Source of the DNA: Schizochytrium sp. TIO01
Taxonomy: Eukaryota > Protista > Bigyra: Labyrinthulomycetes
Reading direction: 5' to 3'
Assembly (NCBI GenBank): GCA_004764695.1
Contig: SMSO01000032.1
Span: forward strand, 1,674,001-1,738,000
Length of the DNA: 64,000 nt
Shown: piece after piece, positions 45,134-57,199 of the stretch
Position numbering within the stretch: position 1 is the stretch's first letter
How the letters are laid out: each line of letters opens with the position of its first letter
Notes under the pieces: generated by a model
What the model saw: only the letters and a program-made list of their open reading frames with translations
Databases searched by the model: none
What the model was told of the DNA's origin: nothing
Program-made: the position numbers and the translations under genes

Positions 45134-46436
45134 TATCTGCAGCCTGGTTGAGGTGCTGGGCGAGAAGTATGCATTTTGACGGACCCGCAATAATGAGAGA
45201 GAAGAGCACTTTTGGACTCAGGACATCTGCTGAGGCATCGCTTCTCGCCCTCCCTCCCTCCCTCCTGCTGTTCCACTGGTAAGGTGAGTCAAGTTCTCCC
45301 TGTCGGCGAACAAGTTTCTAGGTGCAAATGCAGCGAAAAGGGTAGGTGGCCAGATCACTGAGGTGCCTGTTTGTTTGGTAATCATCAAACTGTGCTGCGT
45401 GCGATAGGAGTCGTGATCGATGCTTTGAGAAAACTACACAACGTTAGCCTTAAGAACTACCATGATAGGCGTCAGCAGTCAGTCAGTCAGTCAAGTCACC
45501 CCCTGTTGTTTCCAAGTTTTGATAGCAAGTCCTTTTGGAGCCCCCCTCGTGAACTATTTGACTCAATAACTAACTAACTAGCTCACTTACCTACGACTTA
45601 CTTACTTTCTTTCTTACTAACTTGTTATCGACCTTGGCGGCGATGAAATCCTTGAATGAATGGAATGGAATGGAATGGAATGAAATGAATGAGTGAATTT
45701 CTGGTAGTCTTTTCACTCGAAGAACTCTCCTCGGCTTGCCTGGTTCTCGCAAGAAGGATACCTTACATTCAGGCGATCGATGTTCAAGGATTTCCAACGC
45801 GGCTAGCTTTTTCGGCAGCGATGGTTAGTTTTGCTTTGCATTGTAAGATCCCCCTTTCCAAAAAGAAGACTGTAACTAAAGTTTTCGAGCACTCATGGCT
45901 CCAAGGTCAGGTAAGGTAAGGAAAGCCAAAAGGGGAAAACCCACCTCTCACTGTTTATAAATCTCATAACATCATGTGCGTGATATCTTTTAAAGCAATT
46001 CTACTAGTGCACCTGGAGATACGGCGGGCATTTTTTTTCTTCAATTTTTTTTTTAAATTAAAGATGAATAAATAAATAAATATATATGGTTAAAAACAAT
46101 ACACGGCACCTTGGGTTGAGTTTTTCATCTTCAATTTGCTCGCTGGCACAATCTCCGTAAGAAGTCCAGTCAACCTTCTTGAAACTTGCAAGTAAACTAA
46201 GCCCAGGCACAGGCTTCTTCATCAAACGGAAGAGCGTCGTGAGCGAGGCAAGCGAACTTCTAAGTCCTGCTTCGTTTTCTGCGAAGGAAGTGATGTTCGA
46301 GCGGCTGCAGCGGCTCCTTTGCCCTACTCTTATAATCAATAGATCGTCTACTCCACCACATCGTTAGTTTCTTCAATACTTTTCTTAGGAAGAAAGAAAG
46401 GAGGTACTACAGCCGTGACCAAATCAGAATCAACAC

Positions 46437-46506
<70 letters not shown>
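46437..46506. repeat. (TGT)~23 trinucleotide repeat
   Basis: Read directly from sequence. Confidence 0.95.
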
Positions 46507-46507
<1 letters not shown>

Positions 46508-47998
46508 CACTGCCTCTTCTTCTTCTTCTTTCTTTTTCTCAAATCACATTATTCATTTAAAGCTGATGAGACCTGACACAAAGAAAGAAATAGAAATGGA
46601 AATGGAAAAGGATAGAGACTGCTCGAGGGGTGACAGAGTGGACAGCTAGTATCAAGCTAGTCTGCAGTGCTGCGAACAATCGCGTCCAAATCCTCTCTGG
46701 CTCTCCCAGAAGCGCTCTGTTACGCAGGTAATGCCTCCTCTTCAGCCAGATGTTCTGAGGTCTTGGCTTTCGTAGGCAAAGCTTCTGCAGCATTACTTTC
46801 GAGGGTGTTTGTTTTCTTTTCCTCCTCGTTTTATTGTTTCTTTGTTTTTCAATAATACATATGTTACAGTACTTTATACCTTTACCCCTAGTGGCGTACC
46901 TAGTTGTAGCTTTCCCCATTTCCTTGCTTTGCTCTCTTTTCTATTGGCGTCATTAAAAAATGTACAACTGAGGATGTATCGAGGTGCCCTCTCTAGTGTT
47001 AAGCAGACACAAAGTCTATTCCCGTGCAAAGAAGTGGAAAAGCAGCGCGAACTCCGTTTCCAAAACATTACATTCTGGAGAACAGATTGAACTAATCCAT
47101 TAGGTGGTAGCTGGTGGAAGGTACCTTTCTTTTTCTTTTCAGGGAGCCTTTCTCTCTTTTTATCCCAAAGCACGGCATTGTGTTTTTTCACTTCTGACAG
47201 ATTATTTTTGCTTTTGTTTAAATTAAATATTGAAAATACATTTCGAAAAGAATTAACTGCTCTCATACAATACCTGAGGGTTTATCATCAGCATTCCTAA
47301 AACCAAAAACAAACAAAATGGAATGAACCGGTATTTACTTCTCTCCTCCTCCTCTTTCCTCTTCTTCTTCTTCTTCGTCGTCGTCGTCTCCAGAGGAGAA
47401 AGTTTCTTTTTCTTCCTCACCTCTTTCGTTCATTCTTTCATTCACTCACTCATTCACTCACTCACTCACTCACTCACTGTATTTTATTATAATAATAGGA
47501 GAAGAAGAAAGGAGAAATAAGTAAGTAGGTAAGTAAGTAAGTTAGTTAGTTGTTTGAGAATTCATTTCGTCGTTCCTGCGCTGCAGAAGTTGGGGAGCAA
47601 CACGAAGAATGAGTGGCTGCGGCACGGAGGCAAAGGCGGCCAGGACTGCACCGCACCACTCGGCCCGCACCTGGAGCCCGATCGCTCGATCGCTCGATGA
47701 CGGAGCCCTCCGCTCGCTGGCTGGCTGGCTCGCTAGCTATAGGCACCAAGTAAGCGAGCACGCACTGCTCGAGGCGCCGAAGGAGATGCAATTTCAGGCG
47801 ATCTCCAAGCAACACATTCTTTCTTAATTCATTCACTCTTCATTCATTCTTCCTTAATTCATTCATTTATATTATAATACATCATTCTTAATTCACTCTT
47901 ATTAATTCAATCGTTCGATCGATCGATTGCACTGCACTGCACTGCAATGTCGATGGCGATTCTGCCATGGAAGAACTCGAAGGCACGAGAGCGCAAAT

Positions 47999-48045
<47 letters not shown>

Positions 48046-48227
48046 GCGAGTGCGAAGATAGATAACTGTGATCGAAGAACGCGAAGCAAGAAAGAAATCC
48101 ACCGATGAATCATCAATCATCACATCGATCGGCACAGGCGAGGTTATTAGGAGCGAGATGCACAACAAACAGCAGACACGGCATGGACGATGGGTTGGCT
48201 ACTGCTGCTGCTGCTGCTGCTGCTGCA
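47999..48227. repeat. Inverted pair of trinucleotide tracts, (GCA)15 at 47999-48044 and (TGC)8 at 48201-48227
   Basis: The two tracts are reverse complements about 155 nt apart. Confidence 0.85.
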
Positions 48228-48756
48228 ATAATCTATTTGGAGAACGCCAGGTCCAAGTTTCTGCGGTCAGTCGTGAGAAAAGCTATGGAAACGAGCACTC
48301 GCAGAGCCAAATTTCTGCAGACCCTCGTACAACAGAACATGCCATGGAAAACGAATGAATGATGACGATGACGATGCTGAGATCAACTTGGGATCTATCC
48401 TGCCGCAGAAGAAGTGGTGGCTTAAGCGAGCGAGCAAGAAAGCAATCCAAGTGAAGAAACGCGCGCGACGACAAGTGAGAACCAAGGTGATCGTGAGAAC
48501 CTTTCAGGAGGTCGCCGCTCGGATCGATCCACAGATGTGAAGATTGGTACTAAACTAAAGATACATCTCTCTAAAAGATAGCGGATATCTGAAAGATAGA
48601 TCTCGTGAATTCCAAATGTAAATCAAGGTACAAAAGGGCGTAGTCACCCGTTTCCTTTAGAACTTCCGCGTGAAAGAAAGACAACTCAATCGCTGCTGTG
48701 ACGCCAAAAAGGCGCAGACGCTCAAGAGTTGACTTCCCAACCAAGCTCCACGGCCC

Positions 48757-48799
48757 GTGAGTGAGTGAGTGAGTGAGTGAGTGAGTGAGTGAGTGAGTG
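48757..48799. repeat. (GTGA)~11 microsatellite
   Basis: Read directly from sequence. Confidence 0.93.
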
Positions 48800-50670
48800 C
48801 AGATGTACTCTAGAGAATTGTTTGTGCGAACAGCCTTGAACTTGCGGCGCTTCTGCTGATGTTAGTTAGTTCCAAGCGCCAAGATCGTCAAAAGTGATGG
48901 AGGCACTCAGAGCCGCAGATTTGGACTCATCCCTCACTATGCGCGCTGTGCTGTCTATCTGCTGTGCCTAGCTAGAGCTAGCTAGCCAGCCGCCTAGGAC
49001 CCTCCACGTGAGTGAGTGATTTCTGCAATCGATAACTTAGTTTCTCAGAGAGCGTGAATGAATGAACACAGATCGATAGACAGACAGTTAACCTTATCAA
49101 AGTCCATCCTTCCTTCGTATAAAAAGCTGTAAACAGAGACTTTGAAAGCGATGAAATAAGAAAGTAAGAAAGAAAGTCAGAAATATGGAAACTTTTTACT
49201 TGTCTTCTTCTTCTGCTGCCTGCATTGCAGGGTGAAAAATAGTCAGTGCGGCGCTATTTATTGGAAAGCTTGAGCGCTCAGGGTGCAAGCAAGAAAGAAA
49301 GAAGAGACGAGGTGTCCAATGGACGCCGTGGGTGGAAGCAGGCTGGAGAGGGGCCAGTCTGGCTCAGGCATGCAGATGGATTTCTTATGTGTCATCCATC
49401 CCTCGATGAATTCTGCGAGAATCGACAGCTCACCGACTACAGCTAACTGACCATAGCTGGCTAGCTAGCGACCTTGTCAGCTGCATTACTGAAGTTGGTT
49501 GGTTTCCCTTCAGAAAGAACTTAATTTCGACTGAGTGAGTGATTGACTGATTGGAGGCGATTGATGCATTCATGAACTCATTCATAGATCGATCGCAGGG
49601 CCTGAACTTGAAGGCGCAGACAGACAGACAAACTCAGGCAAATATCTTCTTCTCTCGAGAAACCTTCGATCATTTTGATCTTCTGGCACTTCCTTTTCTT
49701 TTGCCCTCTGTGGACCCCTTTTTCCCAAGTTCAGGATATAAGAAACTAAGTTTTCTTTCATAAGGATTTCTCAGCATAAGTTTTTTTTGATGAAGAAAGA
49801 AGAAGAGAAGTAGCGATTCTTCAAGTAGTAAAGAGAATTGCAATTTGAGATTCTGCCTCTGCAAAGTAAGACGGCGCTGGTCTTAAATTCGACGAGGCGA
49901 GAGAGAAAGCTTTGAAGCGCGCTGGGAAAACAGGTTAATTCAAGTACGTATGCGCATCGCAGCTGCCGGCCTCGTGCCACTTTCAGATAAACCAGCGCCA
50001 ACCTTTCTGAGCTTTTTAGGCGCCATTTCTCCTCTGCCAATTTCCACAGGTACAACTTTTTAATTGGACTTTTTCTTTTTCTTTTTCTTTTCAGAAAATG
50101 AAAGCATAAGAAGCAAATAAAGAAGACAAGAAAAGGGTGGCTGGAACTAGCAATACTATTGCTACCCATGTAGGCTTACCCTCGAAAGAAACGTAAAAGA
50201 CTAAAAGATAAGGAAATCAATTTGATTTTACAGCTGGAAGTACTTTGTAGGGAACGTGCAGGCAGTGTTAGTGTGCATAGATAGATTACCCACCCATCCA
50301 TCATCAATGGATCAATGATAGACTGCTCGCTAGCCTAGTCTTCAAACAACATTTTTATTTTTAATCAAAACAATCAAAGTTAAAACTAGAGAACCGCACT
50401 AAGTAAGTAAGTAGGTAGGTAGGTGGGCAGGCACTACAGGAGGATGGATGTTCGCGCGTCTGATTTGGTTTTCACCGTCCGTGTGCTTTTTGGCGGAGCT
50501 CCTAACAGCTTCAGGCGGATAATCGGAGCTTATTGAGGTAAGGCTAACGAGTCTGTCTTTTCATAAGCTCCCTTTTTACCACAATTTTATCAAGAGCTTA
50601 CAGCTAGCTTATCATTTGCATGACAAGCAGCTCATGTGTGTTTTAAAAGAAAATAAAAGAAAAGGAAAAA

Positions 50671-50842
<172 letters not shown>

Positions 50843-50881
50843 GGGAGAAAGAGACAGATTCAGGCGGAATGTCTAAAGTTT

Positions 50882-50921
<40 letters not shown>

Positions 50922-52587
50922 AGATGAGAGGAAGCTACCGACTGCGCTGCCACGACCTGCGACAGACCTCGATGCTCGAGCTGTCCTTGGGCAAAGCAGA
51001 GAACCGTTTCGAGCCATCGGCAGCCTCCTGGAAATGCAGCAGGGGAAATAAGAAATCGAGCAAGCGCATCCTTCGTGGTACTTGCTTGCTTACTTACTTA
51101 CTTTCTTACTAAGTTAGTGGGAGGTGAATGGAATAGAAAATTTAAAGAAAAGAAAAGAAACGATGTTCCTTTCTCCAGTTTGTGCGGCTGCGGCGGCAAG
51201 GACGTAGGAGTTGCATAGGTGGGCTTAGAGCACGAAAGGGAAAGGGAGAGGGCTCCCTCCTCCTTGTTTTCTTTCTGTTTGTTTGTTTGTTTGTTTTCAT
51301 TTCCACTCAACGACCATGTCGCATAAAAGAAGAGCAGAAGACTTTGAAGCATGAAGAAGACGAAGAAGAAGACGAAGAAGTCAAGGGACGAAGGAAACAA
51401 TTGCGCTGGAGAAGGCAGAGAGCGATGCGGCGGGAGCGCAGGCGAGCGAATCTTTTGCTTCGTCTGGAGGTACATGCATACATACATACCTGGGTCATGG
51501 AATGTAATGCAAACTATAACCCACGAATGAACTAAATATGTTTAGCATCACTCCGCTGTAGTAGAGCAGAGAAGGCGAAAATGAAGAAATAAATGTGCAC
51601 TCACTCCAAGAAAAAGAAAGTTAAGTAGCTATCTAGGGTATCTGGCTACCTCTGTAGCTGCTGCACTGATAGCACTCACGTAGTGCTTACACGATGGCTC
51701 TTCGATTTTGCAATGTTTGAGGAGAATAAAGATAAAAGATAAATGATCGACTTGCTTTATTTAGCTAGCTAGCTCATGAGTTGCTTGGGTGGTTTAGATG
51801 CTTAGTTGTTCATTTCATATCTCGTCGATGACGGAGGAGGAGGAGGAGGAAGCTAAAACGCCCTCTCATCGCAGAGTGCCGCGAACAGCTTCCAAGTTGT
51901 TTTCTCAGTCGCTTTCGGAAGCGATTGCAGTTCGATTGAACTGATTCATTTTGTTTGTTTGTTTGTTTAATTCATCGTCCAAAACTCCAAGATCTTCTGC
52001 TTCGATCCTTCATAAATAAATAATCAATCCGATGCTGCAAATATCTATTGCTCGCCGCCCCCGAAAGCTTTCGTGCATATGATGTATTTAATGTGTTTAC
52101 AGGCTGTGAGATACCTACTCTTGACTTGACGACAAGATATCGAAAACGCGGCTGCCTCATCTCATGTCTGCTTTGTTTATTTATCTGTTTGTTCGTATCC
52201 ATCTTATCCATTGCTCTTTCCTTTTTCTTTTTTCTCTTTTAATAATAAAAATATGGAGATAGATAGTCAGAAAAAGAGAAAAGAATTAAAAACAAAAAAC
52301 GTCGCTCGAAGTGCGATGGTGGTGCCTTCGAATGAGAGACCGACGCTGAGTCAGTCAGCCTTACAGCGTGCTCAAATGATCAAGTCGTCGGCCACCCTCC
52401 GGTATGAATTGATTGTGATACACCGGGACACCAGCTGAGCAAGGTTTTCTCAGAGTTTTTAGTTGTTTTCTTTTTCTTTTTTCTTTTTTCTTTTGGGGCA
52501 TTGTCGCGGCGAGCGAGCAAAAAAAGAAAAGACGACCCGGATTTCTTTTTGTTTAGTTTTTCTAGGAATTGGTTGTTTGTTTTGAAG

Positions 52588-52620
<33 letters not shown>

Positions 52621-52650
52621 GCTAGCTAGCTAGCTAGCTAACTAACTAAC
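52588..52650. repeat. Compound (CTAA)n-(CTAG)n-(CTAA)n microsatellite about 0.8 kb upstream of GSIII
   Basis: Read directly from sequence. Confidence 0.9.
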
Positions 52651-53417
52651 ACAAGCAAAGACCAGGGAGGCTTCTTTTCTTTTTGTGCTTCCGTGTCGCA
52701 TTTTCCCAAAGAAAGAAAGCTCGACGGCAGGCGATGATTGATTTGCTCGTTTGGCTGCGTAGGCTTCGCGCCGGCAGCATGGTGACAGGATATTTGCTCG
52801 TCTGGACAGTCTACGGAGGCGGTGCCGGCACTCCTGAATCACAAACCCAGTTTCTGACTTGGTCTGATTCTGTTGTCGTTTCTTTCTGCGAGTGCAGGCG
52901 ATCGATCACCTTGATTTCTCTATTTTTTTTATTTTTTTTTAATTTGTTATTTGTAATAGAGGATAACGACTATTAGATGAATGAGTTTTTCTTTTTTCTT
53001 TTTTCTTTTCTGTTTTCTCTTTTTTTTGTCCAACGCAAAACATTCCAACTCGATTCGTCATCAACAACAATCATACAAACTAACAAACATAAGAAACAAA
53101 CCAGAGTAGCAGAAACAAAACATTTCTTTGGATACCTAGTAGTAGCTTGCTACTAATTACTGTAATGCAAAAGCATTTCCTGCGTTGCAAAGGGCGTAAA
53201 ACAGAGGTAAACTTGAAAGATTTTTTACTTTTAAATGGAAAGTAAAAAAATGTAATGCAGTGCAATGTAAGACAATAGATAGAGAAGGATAGAGACGGAT
53301 AGTAAAATCCAAGGCAAAGCACAGCAAAGCAAAGCAACTGGTGCAGCAGAGACCCGAGCAAACCCGCAACTACTCGAGTCGGAGTAAACCCTTCTTCACT
53401 CACCCAAGACATCCAAG

Positions 53418-55613
53418 ATGTTGCGCTCGCTCTCCCGCACCCGCGCCGTTGCCTCGGCCACCGAGGTCAGCGGCTCTGCCATGCGCCTCAACCTCCAGCG
53501 CTCCATGGCCACCAAGGCCACCGGCGATGGTGTTGAGTTCGGCTACAACACCTACGTGTTCGACCTCGAGGGCCGCACCAAGAGCGCCACCGCTCGCGAG
53601 TGGGCCGCCAGCATCAAGGAGGGCCGCCAGATGAACTCTGAGGCTGCCAACGAGCTTGCCGAGGAGCTCCTCGCCTTCGCCAAGGAGCACAACGCCTCCT
53701 ACTACGCCCACTGGGCCAGCCCTGTGCGTGGCCCCGTCGCTCTCGTCAAGCACCAGACCTTCATGGACTACGAGTTCGACTCCAAGGGAAAGCGCTACCT
53801 CTCCAAGGGCCTCTCCGGCTCCAAGCTCTTCAACAGCGAGGCTGACGGTTCTTCCTTCCCCAACGGTGGTCTCCGTGACACCCACGCCGCTGCCGGCTAC
53901 CTCACCTGGGACAAGACCTCCCCCCCGTTCATCCGCGGTGAGACCCTCTACATCCCCTCCGGCTTCGTGTCCTGGAACGGTGATGCCCTCGACGAGAAGA
54001 CCCCCCTTCTTCGCTCTGCTGACGCCATCGACCGCGAGGGTAAGCGCCTCCTCCGCCTCCTCGGCGACGAGCAGGCCGAGGGCATTGACTGCAACCTCGG
54101 TGTCGAGCAGGAGTTCTTCCTCATCGACCGCGACCACTACGAGCAGCGCCCGGATCTTAAGGCCTGTGGCCGCACCCTCATTGGTGCCCCCCCCGCCCGT
54201 GGCCAGCAGATGGACACCCACTACTTCTCTGCCCTCCCCGGACGTGTCTCCAAGTGCCTTGAGGCCGCCGAGCGCGAGATGCAGAAGGTTGGTGTTGTCA
54301 ACACCGTCTTCCACTCTGAGGTCGCCCCCGCTCAGTTCGAGTTCGCTCCTCTCTTCTTCAAGATCAACGTCTCCGCTGACAAGAACATGCTCGCCATGGA
54401 CATCCTCCAGGAGGCTGCCATCGAGCACGGTCTCCAGGTTCTCTACCACGAGAAGCCCTTCGCTGGCGTCAACGGCTCCGGCAAGCACTCCAACTGGTCT
54501 CTCATCGAGCGCCGCACTGGCCGCCAGCTCTTCGTGCCTGGCAAGTCTGACGCCGACCAGCAGTCCTTCATGGCTATGATGGCCTGTATGCTCCGCACCC
54601 TCCACGTGCACGGTGACCTCATCCGCACCAGTGTCGGTTCCGCCGGTAACGACCACCGTCTCGGTGCCCAGGAGGCTCCCCCCGCCATCATGTCGCTCTA
54701 CTTTGGCCACTTCCTCGGTGAGCACGTGCAGCGCATCATCGATGACGCCGAGGCCACCCTCGAGGGCTACAACACCGACAAGAAGGACATCCCCTTCTCC
54801 ACCAAGGCCATGCAGGACGCCCGTGGATCCGGTGAGGACCGCAACCGCACTGCCCCCTTCCCCTTCTGCGGTAACCGCTTTGAGTTCCGCGCTGTTGGCT
54901 CCAACCAGCACGTTGGCTTCCCCATGACTTGCGTGCAGTCCGCCATGGCTGAGTCCATGTCCCTCATGTCTGAGCAGATCGAGAGCGGCAAGTCCGTCAA
55001 GGAGGTCGTCCGCCAGTTCTTCGTGGACCACGCCCCTGCCATGTTCAACGGCAACGGATACTCTGCCGAGTGGCAGCAGGTTGATGCCCCCAGCCGTGGC
55101 CTTGTCAACCTCCCCACCACTGTCGATGCCCTCGACACCCTCTGCAGCGACAAGAACACTAAGATGTTCCAGAGCGTTGGTGTCTTCAACCCCCACGAGG
55201 TCCACGCCCGCCAGGAGATCCTCTACGAACAGTACACCAACACCATGCTCATTGAGGCGAACTGCCTTCTTGACATGATGGAGAAGGGTGCTCTCCCCGC
55301 CTGCGCCCAGGACCTCCAGAAGTACGCCGGATCCTCCGCTGGCCTCGAGGGAGCTCGCCCTGCTCTCTACAGCGCCCTCCGTGAGAACGTCAACAAGCTC
55401 TCTGCTGCCATCGATGCCTTCCCCGCTGAGGCCAGCTCCGCCGAGCACGCCCGCTACGCCCTCGAGGTCATCAAGCCCATCATGGTCACCGTCCGCGAGC
55501 ACTCCGACCAGGCTGAGCGCCTCATCCCTGAGGAGGCCTGGCCGTACCCTTCTTACCAGAACGTCCTCTACCAGGTTGCCACCATGGGCAAGAACGACGC
55601 CGGCTGGTTCTAA
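53418..55613 (+). CDS. glnN: Glutamine synthetase type III with probable mitochondrial presequence
   Basis: GSIII motifs DGSSFPNGGLR, GVEQEFFLID, HSEVAPAQFE, HEKPFAGVNGSGKHSNWS, NDHRLGAQEAPPAI, DRNRTAPFPFCGNRFEFRAVGS; 731 aa; N-terminus MLRSLSRTRAVASAT...QRSMATKA; extreme C-ending codon bias. Confidence 0.96.
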   Translation: MLRSLSRTRAVASATEVSGSAMRLNLQRSMATKATGDGVEFGYNTYVFDLEGRTKSATAREWAASIKEGRQMNSEAANELAEELLAFAKEHNASYYAHWASPVRGPVALVKHQTFMDYEFDSKGKRYLSKGLSGSKLFNSEADGSSFPNGGLRDTHAAAGYLTWDKTSPPFIRGETLYIPSGFVSWNGDALDEKTPLLRSADAIDREGKRLLRLLGDEQAEGIDCNLGVEQEFFLIDRDHYEQRPDLKACGRTLIGAPPARGQQMDTHYFSALPGRVSKCLEAAEREMQKVGVVNTVFHSEVAPAQFEFAPLFFKINVSADKNMLAMDILQEAAIEHGLQVLYHEKPFAGVNGSGKHSNWSLIERRTGRQLFVPGKSDADQQSFMAMMACMLRTLHVHGDLIRTSVGSAGNDHRLGAQEAPPAIMSLYFGHFLGEHVQRIIDDAEATLEGYNTDKKDIPFSTKAMQDARGSGEDRNRTAPFPFCGNRFEFRAVGSNQHVGFPMTCVQSAMAESMSLMSEQIESGKSVKEVVRQFFVDHAPAMFNGNGYSAEWQQVDAPSRGLVNLPTTVDALDTLCSDKNTKMFQSVGVFNPHEVHARQEILYEQYTNTMLIEANCLLDMMEKGALPACAQDLQKYAGSSAGLEGARPALYSALRENVNKLSAAIDAFPAEASSAEHARYALEVIKPIMVTVREHSDQAERLIPEEAWPYPSYQNVLYQVATMGKNDAGWF

Positions 55614-57199
55614 ATCATCCAAACTAAAGACATCTCCACAGCCTACTAATCACCTCAGCGCTCGGACAAACAGTCCTACACATCCTCCTGCTGTGAGTGA
55701 CACTTGTCTCTCCCTGTCAAGTGTCTTCTGAGGTTTGTGTTCTGTCTCGCCATGTGTTGAGAGTGCTCGTGTGTTTGTTTCTTTAGTGTCGACGACACCT
55801 CACTACTACTGTCATCAATCTCTCTTCTCTCCCTCCTTCCGACATTCTTCTGTTCACTCTCTTCTTTTTCTGAAGACATTTGTTGAGGCATCTTGGATGT
55901 GTAGGCGAAGGGAAGACAAAACAAAAACATAATAGCTTAGCTACTATATACCACCCCTCTGATCCCCACTGATCTCTCGGACCTATTCCTTCGAGTCTTT
56001 ACTCTATTTTACGACTACATAATTCTAGATTTGCTTCTGTTGAAACACTCGCTGATTATTCACGCGCTTTCGAATGTTATTACTTGTTAGCTTCCTTGTA
56101 ATCTCAGGAAATAGGGTTTACAGGTATGCCTTACTTAACACAGTCCTTATTGGGAAAATGGGGTGCCACAATATGATGATGTGAGGAAGCTGCATGAGTC
56201 CCATGTGCTGTGACCTAATTTCAAAGTCTGCATTAGACACATATAATCATATAATTCCGCATTATACGACATCCATTCATAGTGTTTAACTTTGAGTTCC
56301 GGTTTCAATCTTTAAAATATATTCAGAATTAAATTTTACTTATTAAAAATTGGAAAGTTTAAGTGCGTGTTTTAGAAAACAAACTATTACAACTGATTTT
56401 AATTTTACTTTTTTTAATGTAAGACGATTTATATACACTTGGTAGGAAAAGGAAAACCTCAGCTCATTGCGTAATTACTCAAATAGACTTCACATGTTGA
56501 AGTTTATCTGGGTCAACAATTTATGCATGCTATGTTATCAGATCAAAGCGTGACCAGTTTTTAATCATGTCTTGATAGTTTAAGTTGTAGAATATACTGG
56601 TAGTAATATCATTAGAATTTACTAGTCTTTTTGACATCATAACGTCCTCACGTAGGATATTTTTCTTTATCCATTCATCAAGCGTCCAGCCTGCTTTTTC
56701 TGTTTTAATCTTGAAGATGAATAGTTGGAAAACTAGGTCACATGACACTGTCTAATTAAGTATATTAGATATTTATGGGTAGAAAGCAGTAGATGTAATT
56801 TAAATGGTAGGTTTCCAAACAAAGCATTATGTTGGGTAAATCTAAACACCAACGTAGACTTAAATTAGGCTATACTCCGACAGACGATTATTTATTGCTC
56901 ATTCCAAGACATTAAAGATTGCCATTGATTTCTTCAGTATTTCTGTGTTGCGAAAATACTATGCTCTGGATTGATTCAAAAGATGATGTATTTCAAGTCT
57001 AGTGTCAATACTTTTTGTCCAATGCACAATTACAGCGATAAATGTATTGTAATTAACGTTTTACATTCATAAAATTGGCTATAACTATAAACTAAATTCT
57101 GGAATTTCCCAGTGTGAAAAAAAAAAGTCTTGAGAAGATTGAACATCTGGCGTCATGAACGAATGGTATGTCGACCCTAAATAGAAGTTTCAAAGATGA

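Noticed and set aside
53400-55622. 740-aa antisense ORF over GSIII, and similar antisense or shifted ORFs over CBF5, the 13.2-kb gene and monooxygenase B
   Set aside because: Shadow ORFs produced by strong codon bias on the coding strand; no recognisable motifs.
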